Source: a virus. From it: a stretch of 64,000 bases of DNA. A program made the position numbers and the translations under genes. The notes under the pieces were generated by a model. It worked only from the letters and a program-made list of their open reading frames with translations. It made no database searches and was not told where the DNA came from. The DNA lies in IMG/VR virus record IMGVR_UViG_3300048914_000176, positions 1 through 64,000 of that record; one strand, given 5' to 3'. Numbering within the stretch: the stretch's first letter is position 1; each line of letters opens with the position of its first letter. This document shows, piece by piece, positions 10,060 through 18,735 of the stretch.

Positions 10060-10890
10060 TTAAGCTGCATCAACTGCTACATCGAATGCACCTTCAACTG
10101 GTTCACGTCTAATTGGTTGTACTTGATTACAGTTAATAATAATTTCAACCAATCGAGTTTCCATATTTGCAGTTTCATGCAGAATATCTACACTACCGCA
10201 GTTGAAATCGAAGTATGGAAATTGAAGAGCCTGACGATCATAGCGATCACCAGTAATTTGCGCATACATTCGAAATTGATTGGGAACATCATTTAATCTT
10301 CGATAACCCATTGCCTGTAATTTCTCAACAAGCAAGGGATCTCCGAATAATCGTATATACCACTTATCTACTGTATTGACGATTGTACGAGCAATCACTG
10401 TGTTAGTGCCTGGTGCATAAAGTGTAGCTAACGCCAAATGATTTTGTGGGTGAGCATAACAACGAACTTCACTATGTCCTGACATGCATGAATGTACAGT
10501 TTCATCGCTATACACACGAATCCAGTCTTCTGGTTGTGTGTAAAACTCCAGACGATAATTGGTTAAGTCATGAACAAGCTTATCCAAAATCTCTTGATCG
10601 AACATACCCCTGAACAGATTCAAAAACTTTTCAATAGGTAGTGAACGATTCGGAGCTTCAAATAGAGTGAAGTTTTTTATATCTGCGTAATAACAGATAT
10701 TTGAGCGTCTATGAGGATCCATTCTAGCCAAAGTGGCTTCACGAATAATTAACGGCAATACTGGACACATACCTAAATATGCGTTGTATCGAGAAAGAAG
10801 TGTGTGATCTTTCAATCGCCTAATTAGGCGAGGCACCGCACCCAATGAAGGAAGTTTGGTACGTCGCTTTTTGAAAAACTTCGTGCCCAC
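10060..10890 (-). CDS. hypothetical protein, paralog A (HSCM-motif family)
   Basis: 276 aa. The segment WIRVYSDETVHSCMSGHSEVRCYAHPQNHLALA...IARTIVN...RLFG...GYRR aligns with 11842..12723. Confidence 0.5.
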   Translation of the reverse strand: MGTKFFKKRRTKLPSLGAVPRLIRRLKDHTLLSRYNAYLGMCPVLPLIIREATLARMDPHRRSNICYYADIKNFTLFEAPNRSLPIEKFLNLFRGMFDQEILDKLVHDLTNYRLEFYTQPEDWIRVYSDETVHSCMSGHSEVRCYAHPQNHLALATLYAPGTNTVIARTIVNTVDKWYIRLFGDPLLVEKLQAMGYRRLNDVPNQFRMYAQITGDRYDRQALQFPYFDFNCGSVDILHETANMETRLVEIIINCNQVQPIRREPVEGAFDVAVDAA

Positions 10891-11858
10891 TATTCATACC
10901 TCTTATAGATTTTTTGGGCTAATGCGAGAGCTTCTATATGAAGCTCATGATTCAGTAATTTGCCATAGTCAAACAAAATGTCAGCAAGATCAGTTGGCTC
11001 CATTACGAATGAATTTGCACTACTGCCAATATCTTCGAATGGAGATTTAGAATCAAACAATGGACTGCGAATGCTTCCAATTCTAGAAATTGGATCAGGT
11101 GTTGGAACTGTATGATTTAGTTTAGACCAATCAGCTCTAATCAAAGCATTCTTTAATGCTTCGATATATCCACGATTGAGTGTTTCTTTGGGAGTGTGTT
11201 CGCACTCATAACCAACTGAAATATTTGTACAGTTGGTAACAAGATCGAAGAACTCTGCAGTGTCAGTGTAAACACCTGTGTCATCACACTTATGACCCAT
11301 TTTTAAGATGGCAGCTAAGCTGTTAGCAAATTCATCACTACAGCCACGACCCATACCTTGATGGGTAATAATAGAGCCAGTGCCTCGACGATCAAATGCA
11401 ATAGCAACCTTCACATCATCAAAGAGATGTGGTTGAAACTTGGCACAGTATGTTGAACCAATACCGCCACGTTCTTCACCACGAAAGAATGCATAGATAC
11501 CAGGAATGCCAGCATTGATCATGTTGAACATGAGCCAATTACCAGCAGCATCATCAGCACCTAATGGTTGCTTGTCTTCTTTTGACCAGATGCCTTTGTC
11601 AAACTTGATTTTTTGAAAAACACTCGGATCTTGTCGATTGTGAACAGTATCAGTATGACTTGTGAACATGATGTCTGAATTGCCCACATATACAAAGAAA
11701 GCCATTGGCTCTTCTTTATCAGAGATAATGTGTGGCTTCAGTGGCATGATGAATTCGAGAATATACTTTTTCTCTCCTTCAGAATTGTGGGGACGACGAT
11801 ACGTCAAAAGACGATCGAGTGAAGGTACTGGAACCTTGGATTTAATCACAGCTGCCAC
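10890..11858 (-). CDS. Zn-dependent peptidase-like protein (M20/M28/M42 family)
   Basis: Metal-ligand motifs in order: FTSHTDTV (H-x-D), GADDAAG, GEERGG, later ECEHT. Confidence 0.5.
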   Translation of the reverse strand: MAAVIKSKVPVPSLDRLLTYRRPHNSEGEKKYILEFIMPLKPHIISDKEEPMAFFVYVGNSDIMFTSHTDTVHNRQDPSVFQKIKFDKGIWSKEDKQPLGADDAAGNWLMFNMINAGIPGIYAFFRGEERGGIGSTYCAKFQPHLFDDVKVAIAFDRRGTGSIITHQGMGRGCSDEFANSLAAILKMGHKCDDTGVYTDTAEFFDLVTNCTNISVGYECEHTPKETLNRGYIEALKNALIRADWSKLNHTVPTPDPISRIGSIRSPLFDSKSPFEDIGSSANSFVMEPTDLADILFDYGKLLNHELHIEALALAQKIYKRYE

Positions 11859-12723
11859 AGCGAGGTTCCTCTATGTCACGGAAACGTTCGTCTCCATCAT
11901 CACTAATGATTCCCTCATCATCATTGTTTTCATTATTAACGAGGGTTTGAATATACGTATAATCTCCGTCTAAATACGGACCAGTGATAATATTTTCACC
12001 ACATCCACCGCATTCACACCAATTGATGTAAACACGTTGATCCTTCAACGTCTCTTCGCCATGCTTGTAACCAAGTTTACGAAGTGCAACAGAAAATGCA
12101 GAACCATTCTCTCCGTAAATACGGAGATAGGTTTTAAGCTTCTGATTCACAATGGTTCGATTAATAATCTTACCGTTGGAATTCTGAAAGTAAGCTAAAG
12201 CCAGATCATTTTTCGGATTGGCATACTGTTTAACTTCAGTTGCACCTTTCATGCAACTATGCGGACCTTCTTCATACACCTGAACCCACATATCAGGTTC
12301 AGTGTTAGGAACAAAAGAAATTATAGGAAGTACTTTTCCTAATACTTCATGTTCCCACGCATCACGAATTTCATTAGGAGCATCAGCAAGAAATCGCTGA
12401 ACAAACATTTCAGGTGAGGTACGAGTAGTTTTGTTTTCGAGCATGTTCTGTAATGTAGCAAAGTACGCAACTTTACCTGGAACATGAGCACTGGTATGAA
12501 TTAAGCAAATATCGAAAAGTGGCTTAAGAGTTTCAGACCAAACAAAACGAGATTTGTAAGCTTCAACTCGAGCTTTATAGCATTCGAATTGAGCTGGTGT
12601 GAGCGAACGCTCAGGATTGAACGACTGGAAGTCGCCATACAACTTATACATATCATCCCTCAATGATTTATGTTTAAAAAATCGCGGACAGTTCACGACA
12701 TTTATAGCTCTTGGAACTGACAA
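11842..12723 (-). CDS. hypothetical protein, paralog B (HSCM-motif family) with C-terminal Cys cluster
   Basis: 293 aa. WVQVYEEGPHSCMKGATEVKQYANPKNDLALA...INRTIVN...RIYG...GYKH aligns with paralog A. C-terminus WCECGGCGEN...RCGSCD is a putative Zn-binding region. Confidence 0.5.
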   Translation of the reverse strand: MSVPRAINVVNCPRFFKHKSLRDDMYKLYGDFQSFNPERSLTPAQFECYKARVEAYKSRFVWSETLKPLFDICLIHTSAHVPGKVAYFATLQNMLENKTTRTSPEMFVQRFLADAPNEIRDAWEHEVLGKVLPIISFVPNTEPDMWVQVYEEGPHSCMKGATEVKQYANPKNDLALAYFQNSNGKIINRTIVNQKLKTYLRIYGENGSAFSVALRKLGYKHGEETLKDQRVYINWCECGGCGENIITGPYLDGDYTYIQTLVNNENNDDEGIISDDGDERFRDIEEPRCGSCD

Positions 12724-12760
12724 CTTTCATTACGAGCTCTTCTCCACTGCAGAGAGAAAA

Positions 12761-12836
12761 TGGTGTCCCTACCAGGATTCGAACCTGGGTTTCCAACCGG
12801 AAAGGAAGGCGTCCTAAGCCTCTAGACGAAAGGGAC
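12761..12836 (-). tRNA. tRNA-Glu-like (anticodon UUC), with non-canonical anticodon stem
   Basis: Reverse complement: GTCCCTTTCGTCTAGAGGCTTAGGACGCCTTCCTTTCCGGTTGGAAACCCAGGTTCGAATCCTGGTAGGGACACCA. The acceptor, D and T arms (GGTTCGAATCC) are near-identical to enterobacterial tRNA-Glu. The anticodon stem CCTTC/GTTGG has two T-T mismatches. CCA is encoded. Confidence 0.6.
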
Positions 12837-12861
12837 GTGTTCAAGTAACCATCACCAACCA

Positions 12862-13266
12862 TCAGCTTGATGATTTATCTTTTGCTGTTTTATGGTCGTG
12901 ACACGTTTTGCAGAGAACCTGCAATTGATTGATACCAACAAGTAATCGACTCCAGGCTTCAGATAAACTGAGATCCCAGATTTTTCCCCACGGAGTGATG
13001 TGATCTACAGCAACTTCTTTGCCCATAAACCAACGAAAACAGTGTGCACATTGAAATTCCCACTTTTGTTTCTTATTGGCTGTTTGTGAAGGTCGTCTAG
13101 CAAGCTTCAATGCCTCAAAACGAGGTGGCCATTTTAACCAAGCTCGACGCATAGCTGAACGGACGAACGTGCGGTAGCGTGCCGTGCTCCACGAGGGATG
13201 AGATGGGCATGGATCAACTACCGCACGCCGTTTTCTTGGTGATTTAGTGATTTTTAAGCGAGCCAT
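12862..13266 (-). CDS. HNH endonuclease
   Basis: CAHCFRWF...VDHITPW...CKTCHDHK (Cys pairs plus His/Asn HNH core). Confidence 0.7.
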   Translation of the reverse strand: MARLKITKSPRKRRAVVDPCPSHPSWSTARYRTFVRSAMRRAWLKWPPRFEALKLARRPSQTANKKQKWEFQCAHCFRWFMGKEVAVDHITPWGKIWDLSLSEAWSRLLVGINQLQVLCKTCHDHKTAKDKSSS

Positions 13267-13591
13267 TGGTAAACCAGAATGTTTCTAGAAGATCGGCGAT
13301 TTCATTAAATGATCTACTCCGATTCCTTACTTCTTTCAAGCGGCTGTCTTCCCACAATTCTGCCTGTTCCATCATTAATCGTTTCCAGAATACGCCGCAC
13401 CCGTTCATATCGTTCAACACCCATAACAGTTTCAACGGGTCCGGGCCAATACCCAAACTCACTTGAGTTGGTAGTAGAGATATTGTCGTGCTGTTTTCCG
13501 ATGTTGCCATCGTCGTCTTCGACTTCGCACTCGGGCAATTGCGCAAAATTGTCAGGTACTCTCGCGCTGGAGTCGAGTTGAAGGTGATCAT
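13244..13591 (-). CDS. hypothetical protein
   Basis: 115 aa. Its start overlaps the dUTPase stop. The alternative frame 13314..13751 overlaps dUTPase heavily and was rejected. Confidence 0.35.
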   Translation of the reverse strand: MITFNSTPAREYLTILRNCPSAKSKTTMATSENSTTISLLPTQVSLGIGPDPLKLLWVLNDMNGCGVFWKRLMMEQAELWEDSRLKEVRNRSRSFNEIADLLETFWFTNGSLKNH

Positions 13592-14034
13592 TAAGTTGTA
13601 CCTGTGCTGCCAAACCCGCCCACATCTCGTTTAGACGTGGGTAATTGCTGTACCTCCCGCCATACAACCACAGGGAGTTCCAAAACGTAGGCTTGAGCGA
13701 CTCTATTACCGTAGGCAAGAGTACTTCGAATTTCAGCTTGTGCATCGTCATAGCCTTTGTGGAACTTAATAATTATTTCTCCGCGGTAATCGGAATCGAT
13801 TATTCCTACAGAGTTTCTCAAGCTTAATCCAAGCTTAGTAGAAAGCCCTGAACGAGGTGCTACAAAAAGTCCATGATTCAGGGGTAAGGCGATAGACAGT
13901 CCTGTGTATACCGTATAGCCTCTGTCATCAGCACTAAAGTTGTATGAATACAAATCAAAGCAAACAGAACCTTCTGAGGCTTTGCTTGGAATGATGACAT
14001 CGGAATGAAGTCGCTTGAACTGGACAGTAAGCAC
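13591..14034 (-). CDS. dut: dUTP diphosphatase (dUTPase)
   Basis: All five dUTPase motifs are present: SEGSVCFDL, PRSGL, GIIDSDYRGE, GNRVAQ, GGFGSTG. GTG start at 14034 with a strong SD (AAAGGAG) 5 nt upstream. Confidence 0.9.
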   Translation of the reverse strand: MLTVQFKRLHSDVIIPSKASEGSVCFDLYSYNFSADDRGYTVYTGLSIALPLNHGLFVAPRSGLSTKLGLSLRNSVGIIDSDYRGEIIIKFHKGYDDAQAEIRSTLAYGNRVAQAYVLELPVVVWREVQQLPTSKRDVGGFGSTGTT

Positions 14035-14553
14035 ATGAACTCCTTTGAAAACGCTTTTGACCGCTTAATGGGTCATGAAGGCAACTTTACTGATAATCCC
14101 AAAGACCCAGGTAACTGGACTGGTGGAAAAATCGGTGTAGGTAAGTTGCGTGGAACAAAGTATGGGATTGCTGCAAACACCTATCCCACCCTGGACATTA
14201 AAAATCTCACTCGAGATATGACCAAAGCCATTTACAAGCGAGATTTCTGGGATCAGGTGGAAGGTGACAAGCTTCCCTATGGTGTAGCGTTCCAACTCTT
14301 CGATTTTGCTGTGAACAGTGGATGTCAAACCGCTATCCGCTATTTCCAACGAGCATTGGGAGTAGCTGATGACGGTGTATGGGGACCACGGTCTGTCGCA
14401 GCCGCAAAGGCGACAAGTGAGTCTGACATGATCATGGGGATATGTAGCGAGAGACTCGACTTCATGACGCGCTGTAGCGGTTGGGCAGACTATGGAAAAG
14501 GTTGGGCTAGACGTATTGCTCAAAATCTGCAATATGGCGTCCTTGACAGTTAA
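14005..14553 (+). CDS. endolysin: GH108 N-acetylmuramidase domain + peptidoglycan-binding (PG_binding_3-like) domain
   Basis: AFDRLMGHEGNFTDNPKDPGNWTGGKIG...GTKYGI matches the GH108 signature. Alternative start at 14035. Diverges back-to-back with, and overlaps, the dUTPase start. Confidence 0.7.
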   Translation: MKSLELDSKHMNSFENAFDRLMGHEGNFTDNPKDPGNWTGGKIGVGKLRGTKYGIAANTYPTLDIKNLTRDMTKAIYKRDFWDQVEGDKLPYGVAFQLFDFAVNSGCQTAIRYFQRALGVADDGVWGPRSVAAAKATSESDMIMGICSERLDFMTRCSGWADYGKGWARRIAQNLQYGVLDS

Positions 14554-14575
14554 ACACTGACTAGGGCGTAGCATT

Positions 14576-14992
14576 ATGAATGGCACTAAGGGATGGACGA
14601 TGAGCGAACCAATTACAAGCACTGCTGGCGGCTACGCTCTCAGTAAATGTATTCCGATTCTTGGCCCTGTACTGGCCACGATTGTTGTGATGTGTCTAGC
14701 AACACCTCAATCAAAAAAAGAATGGACTGCAGCCCTTATATCCACAGTAGCGCTAAGTTTATTTGGTGGTTCATTCTTGGTTAGCTACTTTGGTTTGAAC
14801 CATTGGGCACAAGACACAATTGGTCTTATGGCCATTACAGGAATCTGTTTCGCATGTGGCTTACCTGCTTGGCTAGTAGTTCGTGCTTTGTTTGCCTGGA
14901 TGGCAAAACAAAAAGACAAAGATCTTGCAGAACTCGCTAAAGCTGTAGCCAAAGAAATTAAAGTATACGAAATAGACAGTACTATTAAGTAA
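14576..14992 (+). CDS. holin (multi-TM small membrane protein)
   Basis: 138 aa with three hydrophobic helices and a charged C-terminus (KQKDKDLAELAK), immediately downstream of the lysin. The likely start is 14600 (SD-like AAGGGA). Confidence 0.55.
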   Translation: MNGTKGWTMSEPITSTAGGYALSKCIPILGPVLATIVVMCLATPQSKKEWTAALISTVALSLFGGSFLVSYFGLNHWAQDTIGLMAITGICFACGLPAWLVVRALFAWMAKQKDKDLAELAKAVAKEIKVYEIDSTIK

Positions 14993-15385
14993 TTTAATAG
15001 ATGCCCTACAGGTTAGAGTGTTAACAGTCTCTAATCGCATGCTATGTCCATCAAAATGGCCAATAGTAACATTTACAGCAAGGCATCTATTAAATTATCC
15101 GGTTACCGTGTCCGGTGCTGCCATATGACGATGGTTGTAGCCACCCTTTACTCAGCGGAATCACAGCTAATCCAATATCAAAATGATATCGGTGTCACTG
15201 TATGATTACTAAATCCAAATTGGATTCAGTACATCAGTACCTTTCGACAGTGCTTTCATAGTGAGATCACTCTGGGAGAGACGGAGTGGCATCGTCTCAA
15301 CATTCCACTCACCTTCATATATTTTCTAAATTACGCTTCTATTAACTAAAGGTAGCTTGGTTTACGCCATAGTTTGACGCTTCCT

Positions 15386-15949
15386 TTACCAACTAACAGC
15401 AACCATTACGGTTCCTGTCCATTGATCCGTTTTGGTTCTCATCGCCCCTGCACCAATACTAAGCTTACCAAAATGTCGTTGGACCATTGGTCCCACTCCA
15501 CTTAAGTTGTCTGTCGGTGCTATCGCACCCAGTGTCCATTTTGGGTGTTTAGTGATGGTTGTACTTTCGATTGGGATATCGGTAGCTGAGATGATTTGGC
15601 CATCATTGGATTTGAAAATCATTCTGCTGCCATCATTCTGCTTAACCATACCCCAATCGATTGTCACAGGATCGCACTCTTCCTGAGTGGGTTTTATTTC
15701 CACTTTCCCTGCTCGTACCAGTGAGCCTTTAATTTCTTTGGCGGCTATTTGGATTGGAGCAGGGGGTGGAACATTGATGTCGAGACGTTCTGCTATAAGA
15801 GCACCACTTGGTAGCTCATACGATGGAGCAGGTCGTTCAACAAGTTGTTGTGGTGAGGGCTTCAAGTTGTAGCCAATAATCATTCCAACAACAAGACAAA
15901 CCAATCCCACAAAGATGTGAGATCGATATGCAGCCATTACAGTAATCAT
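15386..15949 (-). CDS. membrane-anchored protein (single N-terminal TM, beta-rich C-terminal domain)
   Basis: TM HIFVGLVCLVVGMIIGY followed by a ~150 aa soluble domain. Last gene of the SPFH cassette. Confidence 0.4.
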   Translation of the reverse strand: MITVMAAYRSHIFVGLVCLVVGMIIGYNLKPSPQQLVERPAPSYELPSGALIAERLDINVPPPAPIQIAAKEIKGSLVRAGKVEIKPTQEECDPVTIDWGMVKQNDGSRMIFKSNDGQIISATDIPIESTTITKHPKWTLGAIAPTDNLSGVGPMVQRHFGKLSIGAGAMRTKTDQWTGTVMVAVSW

Positions 15950-16236
15950 GTGTAGTCTCCAGGAGGCTTACCATCTTTGATCTTTTGCAAGTACCTAGCA
16001 CTATCATGGTGAAACCGCTCTGATGCTACAGCTTTTACTTCCTGTGCTGCAATCTCGTGTGTACGATGATAATCAATATGTGTTTGTAAAGCAGTGCTCA
16101 CATTGATTGTAGGACGTTTGAGCAACAGCATCCGAATTGGACCGGCTTCAGGAATTTTGTTTGCCCATACGGCAATTTGATCCAGCAATTCATCTGACGT
16201 TGTTTGCTCACTCATAACTATTCCTAATCCAAGCAC
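15946..16236 (-). CDS. hypothetical protein
   Basis: 96 aa, coupled to its neighbours. Confidence 0.35.
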   Translation of the reverse strand: MLGLGIVMSEQTTSDELLDQIAVWANKIPEAGPIRMLLLKRPTINVSTALQTHIDYHRTHEIAAQEVKAVASERFHHDSARYLQKIKDGKPPGDYT

Positions 16237-16254
16237 TGTTTACAACAAACCTAA

Positions 16255-17229
16255 TTACTTCGCTGCACCAGTAGGCAGATTTACAATACCGCCTGCAGCA
16301 GTAAGGGGAACATATTCAGGTACATATGCACCATTCCATTTTTGAGCTTTGATCTTATCGATCTCAAGCTTTCGAAACTGAATTTCAGTTTCCAAGTTCT
16401 GAGCAATCAAACGATTGTAATCGCTGATACCTTGACCTTCAGCTCGTTTGGCCTCTGCTCGAAGAATAGCAGCTTGCTTATCACCTTCAGCAGTTGCAAC
16501 CAAAGCTTTTGCTTGTGCTTCCGCGGTGATTGCCAGTGCTCGTTGAGTTTGTTCAACTTTGTCAGCATCAGCTCGTGCTTTTGCTACTTGCTGTTGAGCA
16601 TTCATGGTGGCTTTGATCTGATTGTCAAAGTCTTCAGACCAATCCCAATTTGTGAGATTAACCTGTGTCACGGTTACAGGAAAATCAGCTAACTTTATTG
16701 AAGCAGCAGTTTTTGCATCAGCAGCGATCTTGCCACTAGATTTTGCCAAATCGAAGATTGTGTATTTACCAATCTCTGCTTTCAACGCCTCGTATGTAGT
16801 GCTATTCACTAACGTTTCGAGTGTTGAACGATTTGGATACTTAGTTACTAGCAAATGGACTTTTGAAGTATCGTAAGTCCAAGCCACTTTGGCTTCAACG
16901 CCAATAGTTTGATTGTCTGCAGATACAGCACCCTTTGCACCTACATCGATAACAACATCGTTAGCTCGAGGCTGATTCGATACTGTTTCGAAACGTGATA
17001 CTAAGGGGGCTTTAAATTGCACACCAGGACCATAATCCTGTGCACTAACTTCACCCAACGTAACTTTCACACCACGTTCATCAGGACTGATAACCTCGAA
17101 GCTGCCGAATACCGCAATCAATAAAATGATTGTTAAGACCAAATCTAGGATAATATTACCCAGTTTCAATTCGAGCTCAGGTCTACTGAAACGGTCTTTA
17201 GGTTCGGAGATATTGAAATATCGTTTCAC
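16255..17229 (-). CDS. SPFH/band-7 (prohibitin/HflK-like) membrane protein
   Basis: N-terminal TM (ILDLVLTIILLIAVFG), SPFH core, and a C-terminal Ala/Glu/Lys-rich coiled coil (QQQVAKARADADKVEQTQRALAITAEAQAKALVATAEGDKQAAILRAEAKRAEGQ). Confidence 0.7.
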   Translation of the reverse strand: MKRYFNISEPKDRFSRPELELKLGNIILDLVLTIILLIAVFGSFEVISPDERGVKVTLGEVSAQDYGPGVQFKAPLVSRFETVSNQPRANDVVIDVGAKGAVSADNQTIGVEAKVAWTYDTSKVHLLVTKYPNRSTLETLVNSTTYEALKAEIGKYTIFDLAKSSGKIAADAKTAASIKLADFPVTVTQVNLTNWDWSEDFDNQIKATMNAQQQVAKARADADKVEQTQRALAITAEAQAKALVATAEGDKQAAILRAEAKRAEGQGISDYNRLIAQNLETEIQFRKLEIDKIKAQKWNGAYVPEYVPLTAAGGIVNLPTGAAK

Positions 17230-17258
17230 AGAAGTTTCCTTTGTTATTAAATAAACTG

Positions 17259-17627
17259 TTAAAACAGTTTGTTGAAGTTGAATCGGTAGCCCACTTCGAT
17301 CATGTCGATGTAGTCTTCCGGTTTATTGTTTACCGGCCAGCCAGTACTCAAATGTGAGACATGGCTGTAGCTCACAAAGACGCCATCGTCTTTCGGTATC
17401 CATGTGAAAGTGAATCGAACAGTGTCTTTTGGACCTGCGAATCCACCGTCCTCACCTGGATGAGTCCAAGGTGCATCTTTCGTGACGTTGTAACCAACGG
17501 CAGCGTCGAATAGAAAGTCAGCGTGAGCAGCAGGCACAGCTGCAGTAAGAGACAATGCAGCCATTGCTGCTAATGTGAATGCTTTGATCATGATAATCTC
17601 CGTGATGGTTAAAGGTTCATAAAACAA
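17259..17627 (-). CDS. secreted small protein (Sec signal peptide), OMP-like C-terminus
   Basis: Signal MIKAFTLAAMAALSLTAAVPAAHA, then a ~98 aa mature domain ending ...GYRFNFNKLF (terminal Phe with alternating aromatics). The likely start is the internal MIKAF. Confidence 0.45.
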   Translation of the reverse strand: MFYEPLTITEIIMIKAFTLAAMAALSLTAAVPAAHADFLFDAAVGYNVTKDAPWTHPGEDGGFAGPKDTVRFTFTWIPKDDGVFVSYSHVSHLSTGWPVNNKPEDYIDMIEVGYRFNFNKLF

Positions 17628-17637
17628 CCACCCACCA

Positions 17638-17826
17638 TCAGCTAGTAGATCTCAACAACAATACAAAGCCCCACAGAAATACACTTAGTCGTAACACCAG
17701 AATGATTGCTTCCATTCTCGAAGACGTATTACGTGTAACGGGAAAGTCTCCTTGACTAAATGTAAGAATTGAAGCAACAATTTTGAGTGCAACAAAAAGT
17801 GTTATGACTAAAACAAAAGTATTCAT
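17638..17826 (-). CDS. small two-TM membrane protein
   Basis: 62 aa with two hydrophobic helices. Confidence 0.3.
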   Translation of the reverse strand: MNTFVLVITLFVALKIVASILTFSQGDFPVTRNTSSRMEAIILVLRLSVFLWGFVLLLRSTS

Positions 17827-18344
17827 GGTAGTTCTACTAAATTGATTTTAGCCTCAGTTGCTAAAACTCTTACTTTGGTGAATGCCTCACCCCAACGAGA
17901 TTCTTGATCAGCTGTAGCCTTGGGGAATACAACACGTTTGATTTGTGATTGGATTACATGCACAAAGCAACGATCACACGGCATGAATGAAGTGTATAGA
18001 GTGCATTTAGATAAGTTCTCTCTAGCAGTGATGATAGCATTCATCTCTGCATGGATGATCAATCCATACTTGGTTGGACGATCATTCAATCGTTCATCGG
18101 TATCTTCAATACCTCTAGGAAATCCATTAAAACCAGCACTGACAATCGTACGATCTCGACGAACAATAAGTGCTCCAACTTGTGTACTTGGATCTTTAGA
18201 TTTCAAAGCAACAGTGGCTGCTAATTTGATAAACCACTCATCCCAACTTAACTTGCTCACGGTAGATTTCCCAAAGATTTGTATATGGACGATCAATGAA
18301 AGAAGCATATGCAATGCAGTTGGCTGTACCGCCTGGGCTTCCAT
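17823..18344 (-). CDS. dCMP deaminase
   Basis: Zinc motifs HAEMNAI and PCDRC. Conserved N-terminal SWDEWF. The start may be an internal GTG; the ORF overlaps the end of the upstream gene out of frame. Confidence 0.85.
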   Translation of the reverse strand: MEAQAVQPTALHMLLSLIVHIQIFGKSTVSKLSWDEWFIKLAATVALKSKDPSTQVGALIVRRDRTIVSAGFNGFPRGIEDTDERLNDRPTKYGLIIHAEMNAIITARENLSKCTLYTSFMPCDRCFVHVIQSQIKRVVFPKATADQESRWGEAFTKVRVLATEAKINLVELP

Positions 18345-18735
18345 CCCACATTGCTAGAAGAGAAGTGCAATCATCAACCATACGACGATTACGATGTTGC
18401 ATTGCTGCGTTGGTGAATCCGCCTTCTGAGCATACTTCTACTTTATCTGCTCTACGAAGCAGTTCTTGATAATAGAGACGTGTAGCTTGAGGCCATACTT
18501 GTTCTTGACCTATAAAAGGAATGTAGGCCCACAAGGGAATTTTCATATTGATGGCACATTGAGCAATCGCCATGTCCCATCCTTGAGCCATACCGCTAAT
18601 AATCACATCTGGTTTAAGTTCTGCGATAGCTGTAGTAGCGATACGATGAAGCCTCATGGTGGCTTTCATTTCATAACCACCAAGCTTGTTGGGACGATGC
18701 CCTGTGCCGGCGATGATCATTAAATTCCCTCGCAA
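18238..18735 (-). CDS. YpsA-like SLOG-family protein (DUF1273-like)
   Basis: IIAGTGHRP, VIISGMAQGWD and LLAMWDGSPGGT align with the three conserved blocks of B. subtilis YpsA. Confidence 0.5.
   Translation of the reverse strand: MRGNLMIIAGTGHRPNKLGGYEMKATMRLHRIATTAIAELKPDVIISGMAQGWDMAIAQCAINMKIPLWAYIPFIGQEQVWPQATRLYYQELLRRADKVEVCSEGGFTNAAMQHRNRRMVDDCTSLLAMWDGSPGGTANCIAYASFIDRPYTNLWEIYREQVKLG

Noticed and set aside
13314-13751. 145-aa minus-strand ORF
   Set aside because: It overlaps the well-supported dUTPase by ~160 nt in another frame. The alternative 13244..13591 is start-stop coupled to dUTPase and preferred.
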